From the NCBI GenBank assembly GCA_913052485.1, contig CAJXDN010000003.1, positions 4,602 to 68,601 of the forward strand: a stretch of DNA of 64,000 nucleotides, in the 5' to 3' direction. Positions 36,101 through 46,174 of this stretch are shown here, in pieces (the first letter of the stretch is position 1; each line of letters opens with the position of its first letter). The notes under the pieces are model-generated. The model searched no databases. It was not told the origin of the DNA and worked only from the letters and a program-made list of their open reading frames with translations. The stretch is from an uncultured Flammeovirgaceae bacterium (GTDB lineage Bacteria > Bacteroidota > Bacteroidia > Cytophagales > MED-G16). The position numbers were made by a program, and so were the translations under genes.

Positions 36101-37422
36101 TCGAGACCGTGTGTCAGTCTTTTAAGTGGTTTCAACAATGCTATTACAAGAAGTCCAAATATTGTGCAAAAAATAAAAATCCCTAAAAATATTTCATATT
36201 CACCTGCTGTCTGTGCCCATTCTCCAAGTTCGGCAGCTAGTTTATTTCCAAATCCAGTACAGGCAAAGTAGGTTCCCATCATAATAGATGCGTATTTAAC
36301 TGGAGCTAATTTTGTAATAAGTGCCATTGCAGTAGGTGATGTGCACAACTCACCAAGAGTATGTAGTAAATATGCAAGTACTAGGTAATACATCCCACTT
36401 GATCCATTTCTCTCAAATTCAAGTGCAGCCTCGCTCATCACAGCAAATCCAAGTGCCATTATAATTACACCAACAGCCATCTGAAATAATAGTGCAGACT
36501 CTTTTCCTAGTGATTTCCACCATGCCCAAAACTTTCCAACAGCCACTGCGAATAAAACAATAAATCCAGCATTGAGTGACTGAAACCATGTAGCTGGTAC
36601 TTCAAAGTTTATAGAAGAAATTACTCTATTTGTTTTTTCAAATGCATAAATATTCATTAGTCCTCCCGCTTGTTCAAATGCTCCCCAGAAAACAACTACA
36701 ATTAAGAAGGATAAAAGAAGAACTTTTACTCTATCTTTTTCAATACTTGTAAGTGGTTTATTCATTTTTTTACTATCTGGATTATCTTGTTTACCTATAT
36801 AATCTCCAATACCCACTAAATATTTTTGACCCCACATAAAAACAATTTGACCTAGAAGCATACCTATACCAGCCAACCCAAAACCATAATGCCAACCATA
36901 TACTTCTCCAATTCCACCAATTATTATGGCAGAAAGGAAAGCGCCTATATTAATGCCCATATAGAATATCTTGAATCCAATATCTCTCCTGTTGTCATCT
37001 GAGCTGTATAGTCCTCCAACCATAGTTGAAATATTAGGTTTTAAACCTCCTACACCTAATATGATAAAACCAAGACCTGTGTAGAATGCAGTAATATTAT
37101 CGATCGCTAAGATACTATGTCCTAAGACAAGGAGAGCACCTCCGAGCATTACTGTTTTCTTTTGGCCAAGTACTTTATCTGCTAGCCATCCACCAGGAAT
37201 TCCTGCAACATATACCAACATAGTATACCAACCATATAAGTAGATAGCTTCTGATTCGGTCCATCCGTATCCTGGATTATCAGATGTTGTCTCGGAAATT
37301 AGAAAAAGGACTAATAGGGCCCTCATACCATAATATGAAAATCTTTCCCATAGTTCAGTGAAGAATAATACGTAGAGACCGTATGGATGTCCGAATAAAG
37401 TTTTCTCAGAGTTCATAGCCAT
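36097..37422 (-). CDS. POT/PTR2 family di-/tripeptide:proton symporter
   Basis: FGHPYGLYVLFFTELWERFSYYGMRALLVLFL is the canonical ExxERFxYYG motif. Confidence 0.85.
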   Translation of the reverse strand: MAMNSEKTLFGHPYGLYVLFFTELWERFSYYGMRALLVLFLISETTSDNPGYGWTESEAIYLYGWYTMLVYVAGIPGGWLADKVLGQKKTVMLGGALLVLGHSILAIDNITAFYTGLGFIILGVGGLKPNISTMVGGLYSSDDNRRDIGFKIFYMGINIGAFLSAIIIGGIGEVYGWHYGFGLAGIGMLLGQIVFMWGQKYLVGIGDYIGKQDNPDSKKMNKPLTSIEKDRVKVLLLSFLIVVVFWGAFEQAGGLMNIYAFEKTNRVISSINFEVPATWFQSLNAGFIVLFAVAVGKFWAWWKSLGKESALLFQMAVGVIIMALGFAVMSEAALEFERNGSSGMYYLVLAYLLHTLGELCTSPTAMALITKLAPVKYASIMMGTYFACTGFGNKLAAELGEWAQTAGEYEIFLGIFIFCTIFGLLVIALLKPLKRLTHGLD

Positions 37423-37496
37423 TTGTGTGATAATTTATAAAAAAAAAACTACGAAACTTAATATTCTAAATTATAAATTTTAAATTTCACTATCAA

Positions 37497-38381
37497 ATGG
37501 AATACTTTAATGATTTTCTTTCAAGAGTTATAAACCTTCTGTCAGAGTTTTTATTTGTTTTCAATAAAACTTTATTCAAAATTGGAGATTCGGAGGTTAG
37601 TATTGGAACAATAGTTGTATTCTTCGCTAGCTTCTACCTGCTTGTTATAATTTCAAAAAATGTAAGGCTACTCCTTCTTAATAAAATTTTGGCAAGATCA
37701 AAATTAAAGAAATCTTTTAGAGAGTCATTAGCAAATGGTGTTAGGATAACCATGATGCTTATTGGAACAATTATTATAATTCAAGCAGTTGGAATTGATC
37801 TAAGTGCTCTAAGTCTTCTTGCTGGTGCTTTGGGTGTTGGTATTGGTTTTGGTTTTCAAAAAGTTACAGATAACTTAATCAGTGGTCTAACAATATTAGT
37901 TGAAGAACCCATCAAAGTTGGAGATAGGGTAGAGGTTGGTGATGTAAGTGGAGATATTGTCAACATCTCCTTGAGATCAACTACTATAGTTACAAATGAT
38001 AACATATCAATAATAGTACCAAACTCAGAATTTGTTTCAAGTCAGGTAATAAACTGGAGCCATAATAATAGAATTATAAGATTTAGGTTGCCCGTTGGAG
38101 TTAGCTATAACGAAGACCCAGAAGTTGTTAAAAAATTGTTACTTGAGGTTGCTGACGAAAATCCTAATGTACAGAAAGAGCCTAAACCTAAAGTTTTCTT
38201 CGATAGTTTTGGAGATAGCTCATTAGACTTTAGACTTGGTGTTTGGACATCTACATATACTGACAAGCCAGAGTTCTTAAAGAGTGAAATATATTTTGCG
38301 ATTTTTAAAAAGTTTAGAGAAAATAATATCCAGATTCCTTTCCCACAGAGAGATATCCATATCAAATCACAACCTAAATGA
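37497..38381 (+). CDS. mechanosensitive ion channel, MscS family
   Basis: TM3/beta-domain junction QKVTDNLISGLTILVEEPIKVGDRVEVGDVSGDIVNISLRSTTI. Confidence 0.85.
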   Translation: MEYFNDFLSRVINLLSEFLFVFNKTLFKIGDSEVSIGTIVVFFASFYLLVIISKNVRLLLLNKILARSKLKKSFRESLANGVRITMMLIGTIIIIQAVGIDLSALSLLAGALGVGIGFGFQKVTDNLISGLTILVEEPIKVGDRVEVGDVSGDIVNISLRSTTIVTNDNISIIVPNSEFVSSQVINWSHNNRIIRFRLPVGVSYNEDPEVVKKLLLEVADENPNVQKEPKPKVFFDSFGDSSLDFRLGVWTSTYTDKPEFLKSEIYFAIFKKFRENNIQIPFPQRDIHIKSQPK

Positions 38382-38950
38382 AAATTTTAATAATATTTAT
38401 ATTATTTGTAAGTACTACCCATATGGAGGCTCAAGAAAAAAATTATTTTTATCAGATTAAAGAATTTGAAGAGAATTACTCTCAAAATGCGATCCTTTCT
38501 AGATTTTTACATAGTGTTGGTTTCAGATACTTTTGGGCTACTGAGGGTTTGAATGATAAAGATTTAAAATATAAGCCTTCTGACTCAGGTATAAATTCTA
38601 GAGAAACCTTAGAGCATATCTATGGTCTCTCAATAATGATTAATAATGGACTTTCCAATAAACCAATAGTGAGATCAAAATCCTACCCAGATTTATCTTT
38701 TGAAAACTTAAGAGGAAACACACTTGAGAATTTAAAGAATAGTATTGACTTAGTTGAAAATTTTTCAAAATCTGATTTTGAAGAGAATAAAATTATTTTT
38801 GGTGATCTTAAATTCGATTTATTTAATTTATTTCATGGCCCAATTTCTGATTCACTATATCATATAGGTCAGGTTGTTGCATTCAGAAGAGCTTCTGGTA
38901 ACCCTATACCAAGAGGTGTAAACCATTTTATGGGAATAAAAATGGAGTAG
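38378..38950 (+). CDS. hypothetical secreted protein (tentatively DinB-like helical bundle)
   Basis: Signal peptide and spaced His residues (LEHIYG, LFHGP, YHIGQ). Weak assignment. Confidence 0.35.
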   Translation: MKILIIFILFVSTTHMEAQEKNYFYQIKEFEENYSQNAILSRFLHSVGFRYFWATEGLNDKDLKYKPSDSGINSRETLEHIYGLSIMINNGLSNKPIVRSKSYPDLSFENLRGNTLENLKNSIDLVENFSKSDFEENKIIFGDLKFDLFNLFHGPISDSLYHIGQVVAFRRASGNPIPRGVNHFMGIKME

Positions 38951-38966
38951 TCACCAATATATAAAT

Positions 38967-40142
38967 TTACCTAATAGCAGATATGCCTGTTATTTTTTTG
39001 CCAATTATAAGAGTATGAATTTCTTCTGTTCCCTGGTAAGTTACCAGTGCCTCGAGGTTATTTATATGTCTCATGATAGGGTATTCTCCTGTTATACCCA
39101 TTCCACCAAGTATTGATCTTGAAATTCTTGCAACCTCACAGGCCATCTTTACATTTGCTCTCTTAGCTAACGATATCTGCTCATGAGTTGCACGGTCCTC
39201 ATCCAGCAATAAACTTAGTCTCCAGACTAAAACTTGTGACCGCGTAATTTTTGTGAGCATGTCAACTAGTTTTTTTTGAATAAGTTGATATGAATTAATC
39301 TTCTTCCCAAATTGTTCTCTCTCGTTCGCATAGTTCAAGGCAACCTCATAGCACTCAATAGCTATACCCAAAGATCCCCACGCAACTCCAAATCTACCAA
39401 TGTTTAGTCTATCGTATAGATCTCCCATGTTATCTGTCATGTGTAATAAGTTTTCCTTTGGTACTACCATATTATGGAATATTAGCTCTCCAGTTTCAGA
39501 GGCACGAAATGACCATTTCTTTTGAATTTTTGCAGTAGAGAAACCTTCCATACCTCTCTCAACTATGAAGCCAGCCAATTTATTATTTTCTCCCTTTGCC
39601 CAAACTACAGCTACATCGCAGATTGGTGCGTGACCGATCCACATTTTTGAACCATTGACTATAAATGAACCGTTCTTTTCTTTAAAGTTTGTTTTCATTG
39701 AAAATGGATCAGATCCATGATTTGGTTCAGACATACCAAAACTTCCAATCATCTCACCTGAGGCTAATTTATTTAAATACTTTAATTTTTGATCCTCATT
39801 ACCAAACTTATAAATGTTACTCATCACTAGGCTTTGGACAGAACTAAGTACTCTAAGCGATGAGTCACCTCTCTCGAGTTCTTGCATCATCAACCCGTAA
39901 GACATAAAATCTATTTCTGCCCCCCCATATTTTATAGGTAAAAAACCACCAAAACCACCTAATTCAGCAAGTCCTTTAATAAGATGTTTTGGGAATTTAC
40001 TATCAAGTGCCGCATCCTCAATTATGTTAGAAACATTATCTTTCACCCAAGCCCTGATTGAATCCCTTATTAAAATTTGTTCTTCTTTCAGAAGAGAATT
40101 TATGTCATAAAAGTCAGAGGAATCTAAAGAGTTATTTTTCAT
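38967..40142 (-). CDS. gcdH: acyl-CoA dehydrogenase, glutaryl-CoA dehydrogenase-like
   Basis: GSFGMSEPNHGSDP and QGTEEIHTLIIGKKITG, with the overall GCDH pattern including YGLMMQELERGDSSLR. Confidence 0.8.
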   Translation of the reverse strand: MKNNSLDSSDFYDINSLLKEEQILIRDSIRAWVKDNVSNIIEDAALDSKFPKHLIKGLAELGGFGGFLPIKYGGAEIDFMSYGLMMQELERGDSSLRVLSSVQSLVMSNIYKFGNEDQKLKYLNKLASGEMIGSFGMSEPNHGSDPFSMKTNFKEKNGSFIVNGSKMWIGHAPICDVAVVWAKGENNKLAGFIVERGMEGFSTAKIQKKWSFRASETGELIFHNMVVPKENLLHMTDNMGDLYDRLNIGRFGVAWGSLGIAIECYEVALNYANEREQFGKKINSYQLIQKKLVDMLTKITRSQVLVWRLSLLLDEDRATHEQISLAKRANVKMACEVARISRSILGGMGITGEYPIMRHINNLEALVTYQGTEEIHTLIIGKKITGISAIR

Positions 40143-40220
40143 TTAATTAGAGGTTAAAATTTTTTTAAAGTTATTATTTATAATTAATCCAAATAGTTTA
40201 ATTTGCAAAAAATTAGTTAA

Positions 40221-40736
40221 ATGACAAACAAAGATATAGCTATAATATACGGATCAGATACTGGTGCTACAGAAAATGTAGCCAAATTAATACATCAAAA
40301 AATAGGGGAGGATAAGGTAGACCTTCTAGAAGTGAATAAGGTATCTCCAGAAGACTTTAAAAAGTATAGTACCATCTTGATGGGTGTTCCTACCTGGTAT
40401 ATTGGAGAATTACAAAGTGACTGGGATTATTTTTTTTCAGATTTTGAAAATATTGACTTTACTGGAATTAAAACCTCTTATTTTGGATTAGGTGACCAAC
40501 TAGGTTATCCTGATAGCTTTGTCGACGGTATCGGTATATTAGCCAAAGTCGTTTTGAAAAACGGGGGAGAAGTTTTTGGAAGCTGGTCCACTGAAGGCTA
40601 TGATTTTGATGAATCATTAGGTGTAAACCCTGACGGAGACTTTTATGGTTTAGTTATTGATGATGATAACCAGCACGAGATGACTGAGGAGAGAATTGAT
40701 AAGTGGTTATCTCAAATTAGTAGTCATATTTCTTAA
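40221..40736 (+). CDS. fldA: long-chain flavodoxin
   Basis: IAIIYGSDTGATENVAK FMN-phosphate loop, PTWYIGELQSDW and GLGDQLGYPDSF. Confidence 0.9.
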   Translation: MTNKDIAIIYGSDTGATENVAKLIHQKIGEDKVDLLEVNKVSPEDFKKYSTILMGVPTWYIGELQSDWDYFFSDFENIDFTGIKTSYFGLGDQLGYPDSFVDGIGILAKVVLKNGGEVFGSWSTEGYDFDESLGVNPDGDFYGLVIDDDNQHEMTEERIDKWLSQISSHIS

Positions 40737-40798
40737 TTAATTCTTTTTTATTTTATCTTAAGGAAGTTTTATTTTCATAATAATTCAAATAACTAATC

Positions 40799-41512
40799 TT
40801 GAAAAAAAAATATATTATAAAGTATAGTTTCGAATTCGTCGTGATAGTAGCTGGTATCTCAGTTTCTTTCTGGTTAAATGAAATTTCTATAGGAAATCAA
40901 AATGAGAAGGAAAGAATAAAAGTATTGAACAGTCTTAATATGGAAGTTGATGAGATCCAGAGTTACTGTGATGAGAGAGTAAATAGGTGGAATAAAGACA
41001 GAAGAATACTGATGATGTTCTTAGAGTCTAGTGGTCAAAACTTTAATGTTGACTCGATCTCTAAAATCACAACGAGTAAAAGCAGCATAGAATTTAATTT
41101 AATCTATTACAGGGTATTTGAGCCTCCGATGAACAGATATCTTTCAATTATAAATGCTGGTACTTTAAAATATGTTAAATCAGATAAGATAAAGGAAATA
41201 CTTAGTAGACTTCATAACACCTACTTCTCTTATGTCGAGACGACTGTTGAGTATGAGAAAATACTTAAAGAAAACTTTGTTTCGTTTTTTGCAACAAGCC
41301 ATTCAGATATTATAATAGCTGGTTCAGATAATAAAATATCTTTTGATGAATACTCTCTGATGTTATATAACTCTATTAAAAAAGATAAAAAATTAAAGTC
41401 AAATCTAATTGTCCTCGATGATTATTTAGGGTCAAAACTGACATTTATAAAGTTATATATTAATATACTAGATGAACTTAAGTTTGAATTAACAAACAAT
41501 CTGAATTCATAG
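40799..41512 (+). CDS. hypothetical N-terminally anchored membrane protein (DUF6090-like)
   Basis: TTG start. The single TM segment FEFVVIVAGISVSFWLNE resembles a flavobacterial family of this layout. Confidence 0.4.
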   Translation: MKKKYIIKYSFEFVVIVAGISVSFWLNEISIGNQNEKERIKVLNSLNMEVDEIQSYCDERVNRWNKDRRILMMFLESSGQNFNVDSISKITTSKSSIEFNLIYYRVFEPPMNRYLSIINAGTLKYVKSDKIKEILSRLHNTYFSYVETTVEYEKILKENFVSFFATSHSDIIIAGSDNKISFDEYSLMLYNSIKKDKKLKSNLIVLDDYLGSKLTFIKLYINILDELKFELTNNLNS

Positions 41513-41558
41513 CGTAGATTACTGTAATCGGAAAGTGGTTCAGAATTAGAACCTTTTG

Positions 41559-41632
41559 TGGGCCCACCAGGACTTGAACCTGGGACCTACCGGTTATGAG
41601 CCGGGCGCTCTAACCAACTGAGCTATGGGCCC
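41559..41632 (-). tRNA. tRNA with CAT anticodon (elongator Met, or Ile2 if lysidine-modified)
   Basis: The reverse complement is GGGCCCATAGCTCAGTTGGTTAGAGCGCCCGGCTCATAACCGGTAGGTCCCAGGTTCAAGTCCTGGTGGGCCCA. It has a 7-bp acceptor stem, anticodon loop CTCATAA and T arm CCAGG/CCTGG. G1-C72 is paired, so it is not an initiator. Confidence 0.9.
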
Positions 41633-41730
41633 CTTTAAACATCATTTTTACTTGATAATTTAAAGTTGACAAAAATAATTAGATTTAGTTAATGATTAAT
41701 GTTTAGTCATAACTATTTTAAAATATTCTT

Positions 41731-42378
41731 ATGAAATTTAAAATGCTATTATTCGACTTAGGTGGTGTTATTATAGATATTTTACCAGAAAAATCAATTA
41801 AAGAATTCAGTAAACTCTCAAAACATTCTCAAGAAATGTTTAAAGATATTGATTATAGAGAAAAAAATAAAGAGTCAGATCTCAGTGATATTTTTTTTGA
41901 TTTTGAGAAGGGGATAATAAGTAAAAATGATTTTAGAAGTAAAATAAAAAAACTAGGAAAATTAGATATAGATGATTTCTTATTTGATCAGATTTGGAAT
42001 CTTACAATTTTTAAGCTAGACAAAAAAATTTTAGATAGAGTATTATCCTTAAAGTCAAAATATTCAATAATGATTTTAAGTAATACTAATGAAATACACA
42101 AAGAATATTTCGATAAAATGTGTGTAAAAATTTATCAAAAGACCTTTGATCAATTATTTAACAGAGTTTTCTATTCATTTGAGTTAAATGCTCGAAAGCC
42201 AAATAAAAATATATATGAATTAGTCTTAGATAAAACTGGTATTAATCCGAATGAAATTATTTTTTTTGATGATATGAATTTGAATTTAATACAACCTAAA
42301 AAATTAGGAATTAATACTTATCATGTTAATAATAAAAATGATTTAGGAGGTTTTTTAGATGGTTTCGGTCTTAACTAA
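41731..42378 (+). CDS. HAD-superfamily hydrolase, subfamily IA-like
   Basis: Motif I is LLFDLGGVIID, motif II ILSNTN, and the motif III/IV region reads KPNKNIYE...FFDD. Confidence 0.7.
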   Translation: MKFKMLLFDLGGVIIDILPEKSIKEFSKLSKHSQEMFKDIDYREKNKESDLSDIFFDFEKGIISKNDFRSKIKKLGKLDIDDFLFDQIWNLTIFKLDKKILDRVLSLKSKYSIMILSNTNEIHKEYFDKMCVKIYQKTFDQLFNRVFYSFELNARKPNKNIYELVLDKTGINPNEIIFFDDMNLNLIQPKKLGINTYHVNNKNDLGGFLDGFGLN

Positions 42379-44133
42379 TTTTATCTTTTGAAAGATATTT
42401 TTATCCTCTATTATAAAAATGTATACTCCATTTTTCAAGTTTTTTATATCTATTTCTTTTATATCTCTAAAAGATTTTAAAAACTTACCATTGATATCAT
42501 ATAGTCTAGCTTTCTGAATAGACTCACTCAAGTTGTAAATTCCAGAACTTGGATTTGGAAAAATCTTTACTGTTTTCTCTTGCTCATGAGAATTAATTTT
42601 TGTCAAAACATAATTAGATTTTCCAAAAACTGGCCTTATCATTATACTGCCCCTTACAATATCATTATTGATCCAACTATTATCAATTTTGTAAAAAATT
42701 TTATCTGATGTATTATTATTTTTATCTAAACCAATAGGTAAAAAAGAATTCTCTAACTGTCTAAATCCAATATAAAATGTATCACTGACAATAACTGGTT
42801 TTGATAGCTTGTACTCACTAAACCTACCATTAAATTCAGGCTCAATAAATTGAGAAGAGAGTATTTTCCCATCATTTTTGAGATTTTCGTAAATTAGTAC
42901 TTCAACTTGATTTGTATATGTAGAATAAATATTTTCAGGAAAATAAATTTGAATATCAGTAAGCGTATCTTGAGTAAAAGTTTCGTATTGAAGTACTAAT
43001 TCTGAATTCTTCATATTCAAACCTGCAGCATACTCAGCGTCACCATCATCATAAGAATAAAAATCTGAAAACATGAATGAGAATCTACTTGAATCATTAA
43101 TTAGTAGGTCTTTGTTAAATAATGTAGAGTCGCCAGAATCTATGTAAAATAAAAAATTTATAGTTAAGCTGTCTGATTTAGATTTAAACTCAGACAGACT
43201 AATTGGATTGATTTTAATTTCTCTTTCTTCTAAACCGTTTAGAATTGGTTTTAATGGTTCTTTTACATAATATTTAAATTGCAAATTTTCTGAAGGCAAG
43301 TCAGCTTCAAATGAATAGTTTATCGGGTGAATATTTTTATCAAGATTTTTTATTTTAATTGTTATCGTATCAGTATAATTTTCTGAATAGGGCAAATGAT
43401 CCAATGGCACTGATATTAAATCTTTAAATATTTTATTTCCTTCATGTACTATAGCCCTGTCTATAAATGTAGAATCATTATTTGTTCTATCCTTATCTAC
43501 ATAAACGTAATCTATTAGCCAGCTATCAAACGGACCTTTAGAATTTCCTTTATTATAAATTTTAAATTGAAAACTTTCATGAAGAAACTTTTGATTGAAA
43601 TATATACCCTCAAACTTAAATTTGTTTTTCTTATTAATATAACCTCCATTTTTATACCACACTGTTTCCCAGAGATTTTTATCATTTAAAAAATCAACAA
43701 ATATTGTATCCTCATAATCTGGGTATTCACCGTTTATATTAAATCTCCAAAAGAAGCTTAAAAAAACACTGTCAGCTGATGAAAGATTTTTCATATTAAT
43801 TATGTCAGAGATAAGTACATCTGAAGTTCCGTATCCCCCAGAATTATCATAAGGGAGTCCATTTTCATCAATTCCATCGAATAAGACTATATTTTTACTT
43901 GGGGCATTAATGTTATCAAAATCTTTAATTGATACATTCTCAGAACTACTCCAAAATTTGTCATCAAGTTTTTTTGAAGAGGAAAAATCATCCCAAAAAG
44001 GTAAAACTATTTCATCTAATTTATGATTTGTGTAATTAGGTGGTTTCAATTTAAAATAAGAAATTTTCTGAGCCCTTGTACTTGAATGAAATAATATTAT
44101 AAATAGAAAAAGTAAAAATTTAATTTTTTTCAT
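42355..44133 (-). CDS. secreted protein with T9SS type A sorting (Por_Secre_tail) C-terminal domain
   Basis: Signal peptide and C-terminal KIFPNPSSGIYNL...LYDINGKFL...NGVYIFIIEDKN...KLVK. Confidence 0.75.
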   Translation of the reverse strand: MKKIKFLLFLFIILFHSSTRAQKISYFKLKPPNYTNHKLDEIVLPFWDDFSSSKKLDDKFWSSSENVSIKDFDNINAPSKNIVLFDGIDENGLPYDNSGGYGTSDVLISDIINMKNLSSADSVFLSFFWRFNINGEYPDYEDTIFVDFLNDKNLWETVWYKNGGYINKKNKFKFEGIYFNQKFLHESFQFKIYNKGNSKGPFDSWLIDYVYVDKDRTNNDSTFIDRAIVHEGNKIFKDLISVPLDHLPYSENYTDTITIKIKNLDKNIHPINYSFEADLPSENLQFKYYVKEPLKPILNGLEEREIKINPISLSEFKSKSDSLTINFLFYIDSGDSTLFNKDLLINDSSRFSFMFSDFYSYDDGDAEYAAGLNMKNSELVLQYETFTQDTLTDIQIYFPENIYSTYTNQVEVLIYENLKNDGKILSSQFIEPEFNGRFSEYKLSKPVIVSDTFYIGFRQLENSFLPIGLDKNNNTSDKIFYKIDNSWINNDIVRGSIMIRPVFGKSNYVLTKINSHEQEKTVKIFPNPSSGIYNLSESIQKARLYDINGKFLKSFRDIKEIDIKNLKNGVYIFIIEDKNIFQKIKLVKTETI

Positions 44134-44935
44134 TTTTAGTATCCGATACTACCCATAAGTTTATTCTCCTACCTATTCTGACCCTGGTAGATTTTCCTGG
44201 TGACTGCTTAAATACATAACCAGGTTTAACCCAAAATTTTTCATAAATTTCATTTCCCTCTTCATCAAAATTTTTATTATAGAAGTAGCCACTATCAGCA
44301 TATATTATGTTACCTAGTCTCAGTCCAGATCCAATAATCGTAAATTTTGCCTCATCAAGTTCAAGGTTTTGAAGATCTGGAGCATCAAAAATTTGATTTC
44401 CTAATCCGTTTCCAACTTCAAGGTCTACAACTGACCCTTTAAGAATTAGGTCATTTTCACTGATTGAATCTCCATCAATAAAAATTTTAAGTACTGCATT
44501 TCTTGCCATATCTGGAACATAAGTTATATCTCCCAATTTTAGATCATAACTTTTCAAAATTAATTGGGCATTTTTCACAGATCCATTAATAATTTTTGGC
44601 ATTTTAATTTTTGGTGGAATAGATGAATTTAAGGTTAAATATATTTTTCTATTTTCTTTTACCTTATCATTTATCGAGGGGTTTTGTTGAAGTACCGTGT
44701 AAGGAGGATACTCTGAGGAATAGCTTGAATCATCCAGTATTTCGTACCTTAAATCTCTATCTGAAAGAAATTCATCTAAATCTTTTATTTCCATACCAAC
44801 TAAATTTGGTACTGTAATCGTTTCTCCATGGTTTGTGATAAATGGAAAATATATATAAAAAATGAAAAAAATAATTGACGCAACTATTCCCAACATTATA
44901 GATAAATTTTTTAAAATAAATTTTATTTCATTCAT
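44120..44935 (-). CDS. PASTA domain-containing membrane protein
   Basis: N-terminal TM segment followed by three PASTA-like repeats (ITVPNLVGMEIKDLDEFL...; IKMPKIINGSVKNAQLIL...; FDAPDLQNLELDEAKFTI...). Confidence 0.65.
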   Translation of the reverse strand: MNEIKFILKNLSIMLGIVASIIFFIFYIYFPFITNHGETITVPNLVGMEIKDLDEFLSDRDLRYEILDDSSYSSEYPPYTVLQQNPSINDKVKENRKIYLTLNSSIPPKIKMPKIINGSVKNAQLILKSYDLKLGDITYVPDMARNAVLKIFIDGDSISENDLILKGSVVDLEVGNGLGNQIFDAPDLQNLELDEAKFTIIGSGLRLGNIIYADSGYFYNKNFDEEGNEIYEKFWVKPGYVFKQSPGKSTRVRIGRRINLWVVSDTKNEKN

Positions 44936-45899
44936 TATATATTACACTTTTAAATAGTTTTTTTAAAGAAATGCCAGCAGCCTTAGCTTGTTGGGGTAAT
45001 ATGCTTTCCTCAGTTAAGCCAGGGTTTGTGTTAACTTCAAGAAAATAAAACTTGTCGTCTTTTAGGATGAAATCACATCTAGTGAATCCATTTAAATTTA
45101 TTTTTTTGTAGATATCAATAGATATTTCCTTCACAATTTCTTCTAGATCATAATTAATTTCTGCAGGTGTAATTTCATCTGATTCACCATTATATTTTGC
45201 GTCATAATCAAAAAAAATATTATGAGAAATAATTTCAGTAGGAGGTAATGCAATAATTTTATTATCTAATTTTATAACTCCAACAGATATCTCTCTTCCC
45301 TGGACCTCTTCTTCTATCAGGGCATTGTCATCCTCACCAAAACATAGTTCAAGAGCTTTTTTTAAATCTTTTTTTTCTTCGATTCTTGAAATACCAAAAC
45401 TCGAACCTCCCTCGTTCGGTTTTACAAAAATAGGAAGTCTTAGTTTTGAAAATATCATATCATTATCATAACTCTCTCCCTTTTTAATTATTGTTGAAAG
45501 TGGTACATTATATCCCATTAACTTGACTTTCTCTTTACAAGCGTTTTTGTCAAAAGTCAATTTTGCACTTATTGAATCAGATGAAGTTTGTTTTAATCCT
45601 AATTTTTCAAAATACTTCTGAATTTCTCCATTTTCTCCTGGGATTCCATGAATTGTATTAAAAATTAAATCAAAAGAAATTTGAATACCATTTGACATTA
45701 CTTGAAAGGAATTTAAAATTACCTCAGACTTATCCCCACTGTCATCTTTGAAATACCATCCCTCTTTACTTATTATTATTCTGTGAACATTCAGATCTTT
45801 ATCTTCGGATAATATCTTGTAGACTACATCACCACTTTTTATTGAAATATCATATTCAGATGAATAGCCCCCCATAATGATGGCTATATTTTTTTTCAT
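44928..45899 (-). CDS. ddl: D-alanine--D-alanine ligase
   Basis: IAIIMGGYSSEYDISIKSG, HGIPGENGEIQ, FVKPNEGGSSFGI and EVNTNPGLTEESI. Confidence 0.95.
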   Translation of the reverse strand: MKKNIAIIMGGYSSEYDISIKSGDVVYKILSEDKDLNVHRIIISKEGWYFKDDSGDKSEVILNSFQVMSNGIQISFDLIFNTIHGIPGENGEIQKYFEKLGLKQTSSDSISAKLTFDKNACKEKVKLMGYNVPLSTIIKKGESYDNDMIFSKLRLPIFVKPNEGGSSFGISRIEEKKDLKKALELCFGEDDNALIEEEVQGREISVGVIKLDNKIIALPPTEIISHNIFFDYDAKYNGESDEITPAEINYDLEEIVKEISIDIYKKINLNGFTRCDFILKDDKFYFLEVNTNPGLTEESILPQQAKAAGISLKKLFKSVIYNE

Positions 45900-45910
45900 A
45901 TGAGAATTAA

Positions 45911-46159
45911 TTAGTTAGTTCCATTAACAGCATTAATGCCGTTAATTTCAGGAACTTGTTTCTTTATAGCCTCTTCAACACCAGCTTTTAATGTCATAGG
46001 TGACATTGGACAAGTTTCACACGACCCTAGTAATTCTAAATTAACTATATTTTTATTATCGATCGATACAACCTTTATATCTCCTCCGTCAGCAATTAAA
46101 TATGGTCTTATTTCATCAATTGCTAATTCTACTCTATCTATCAGACTTTTCTCGTTCAT
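45911..46159 (-). CDS. NifU-like C-terminal domain Fe-S assembly protein
   Basis: IRPYLIADGGDIKVV...LLGSCETCPMSPMTLKAGVE. Confidence 0.8.
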   Translation of the reverse strand: MNEKSLIDRVELAIDEIRPYLIADGGDIKVVSIDNKNIVNLELLGSCETCPMSPMTLKAGVEEAIKKQVPEINGINAVNGTN

Positions 46160-46174
46160 TCTGTAAAAATAATA

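Noticed and set aside
41559-41632. The tRNA with CAT anticodon as an initiator tRNA-fMet, or as an integration hotspot like tRNA-Glu.
   Set aside because: Positions 1 and 72 are paired (G-C) and the anticodon stem lacks the three consecutive G-C pairs typical of initiators. I found no duplicated copy of its 3' end in the flanking 2 kb, and the neighbours (DUF6090-like, HAD) show no island features.
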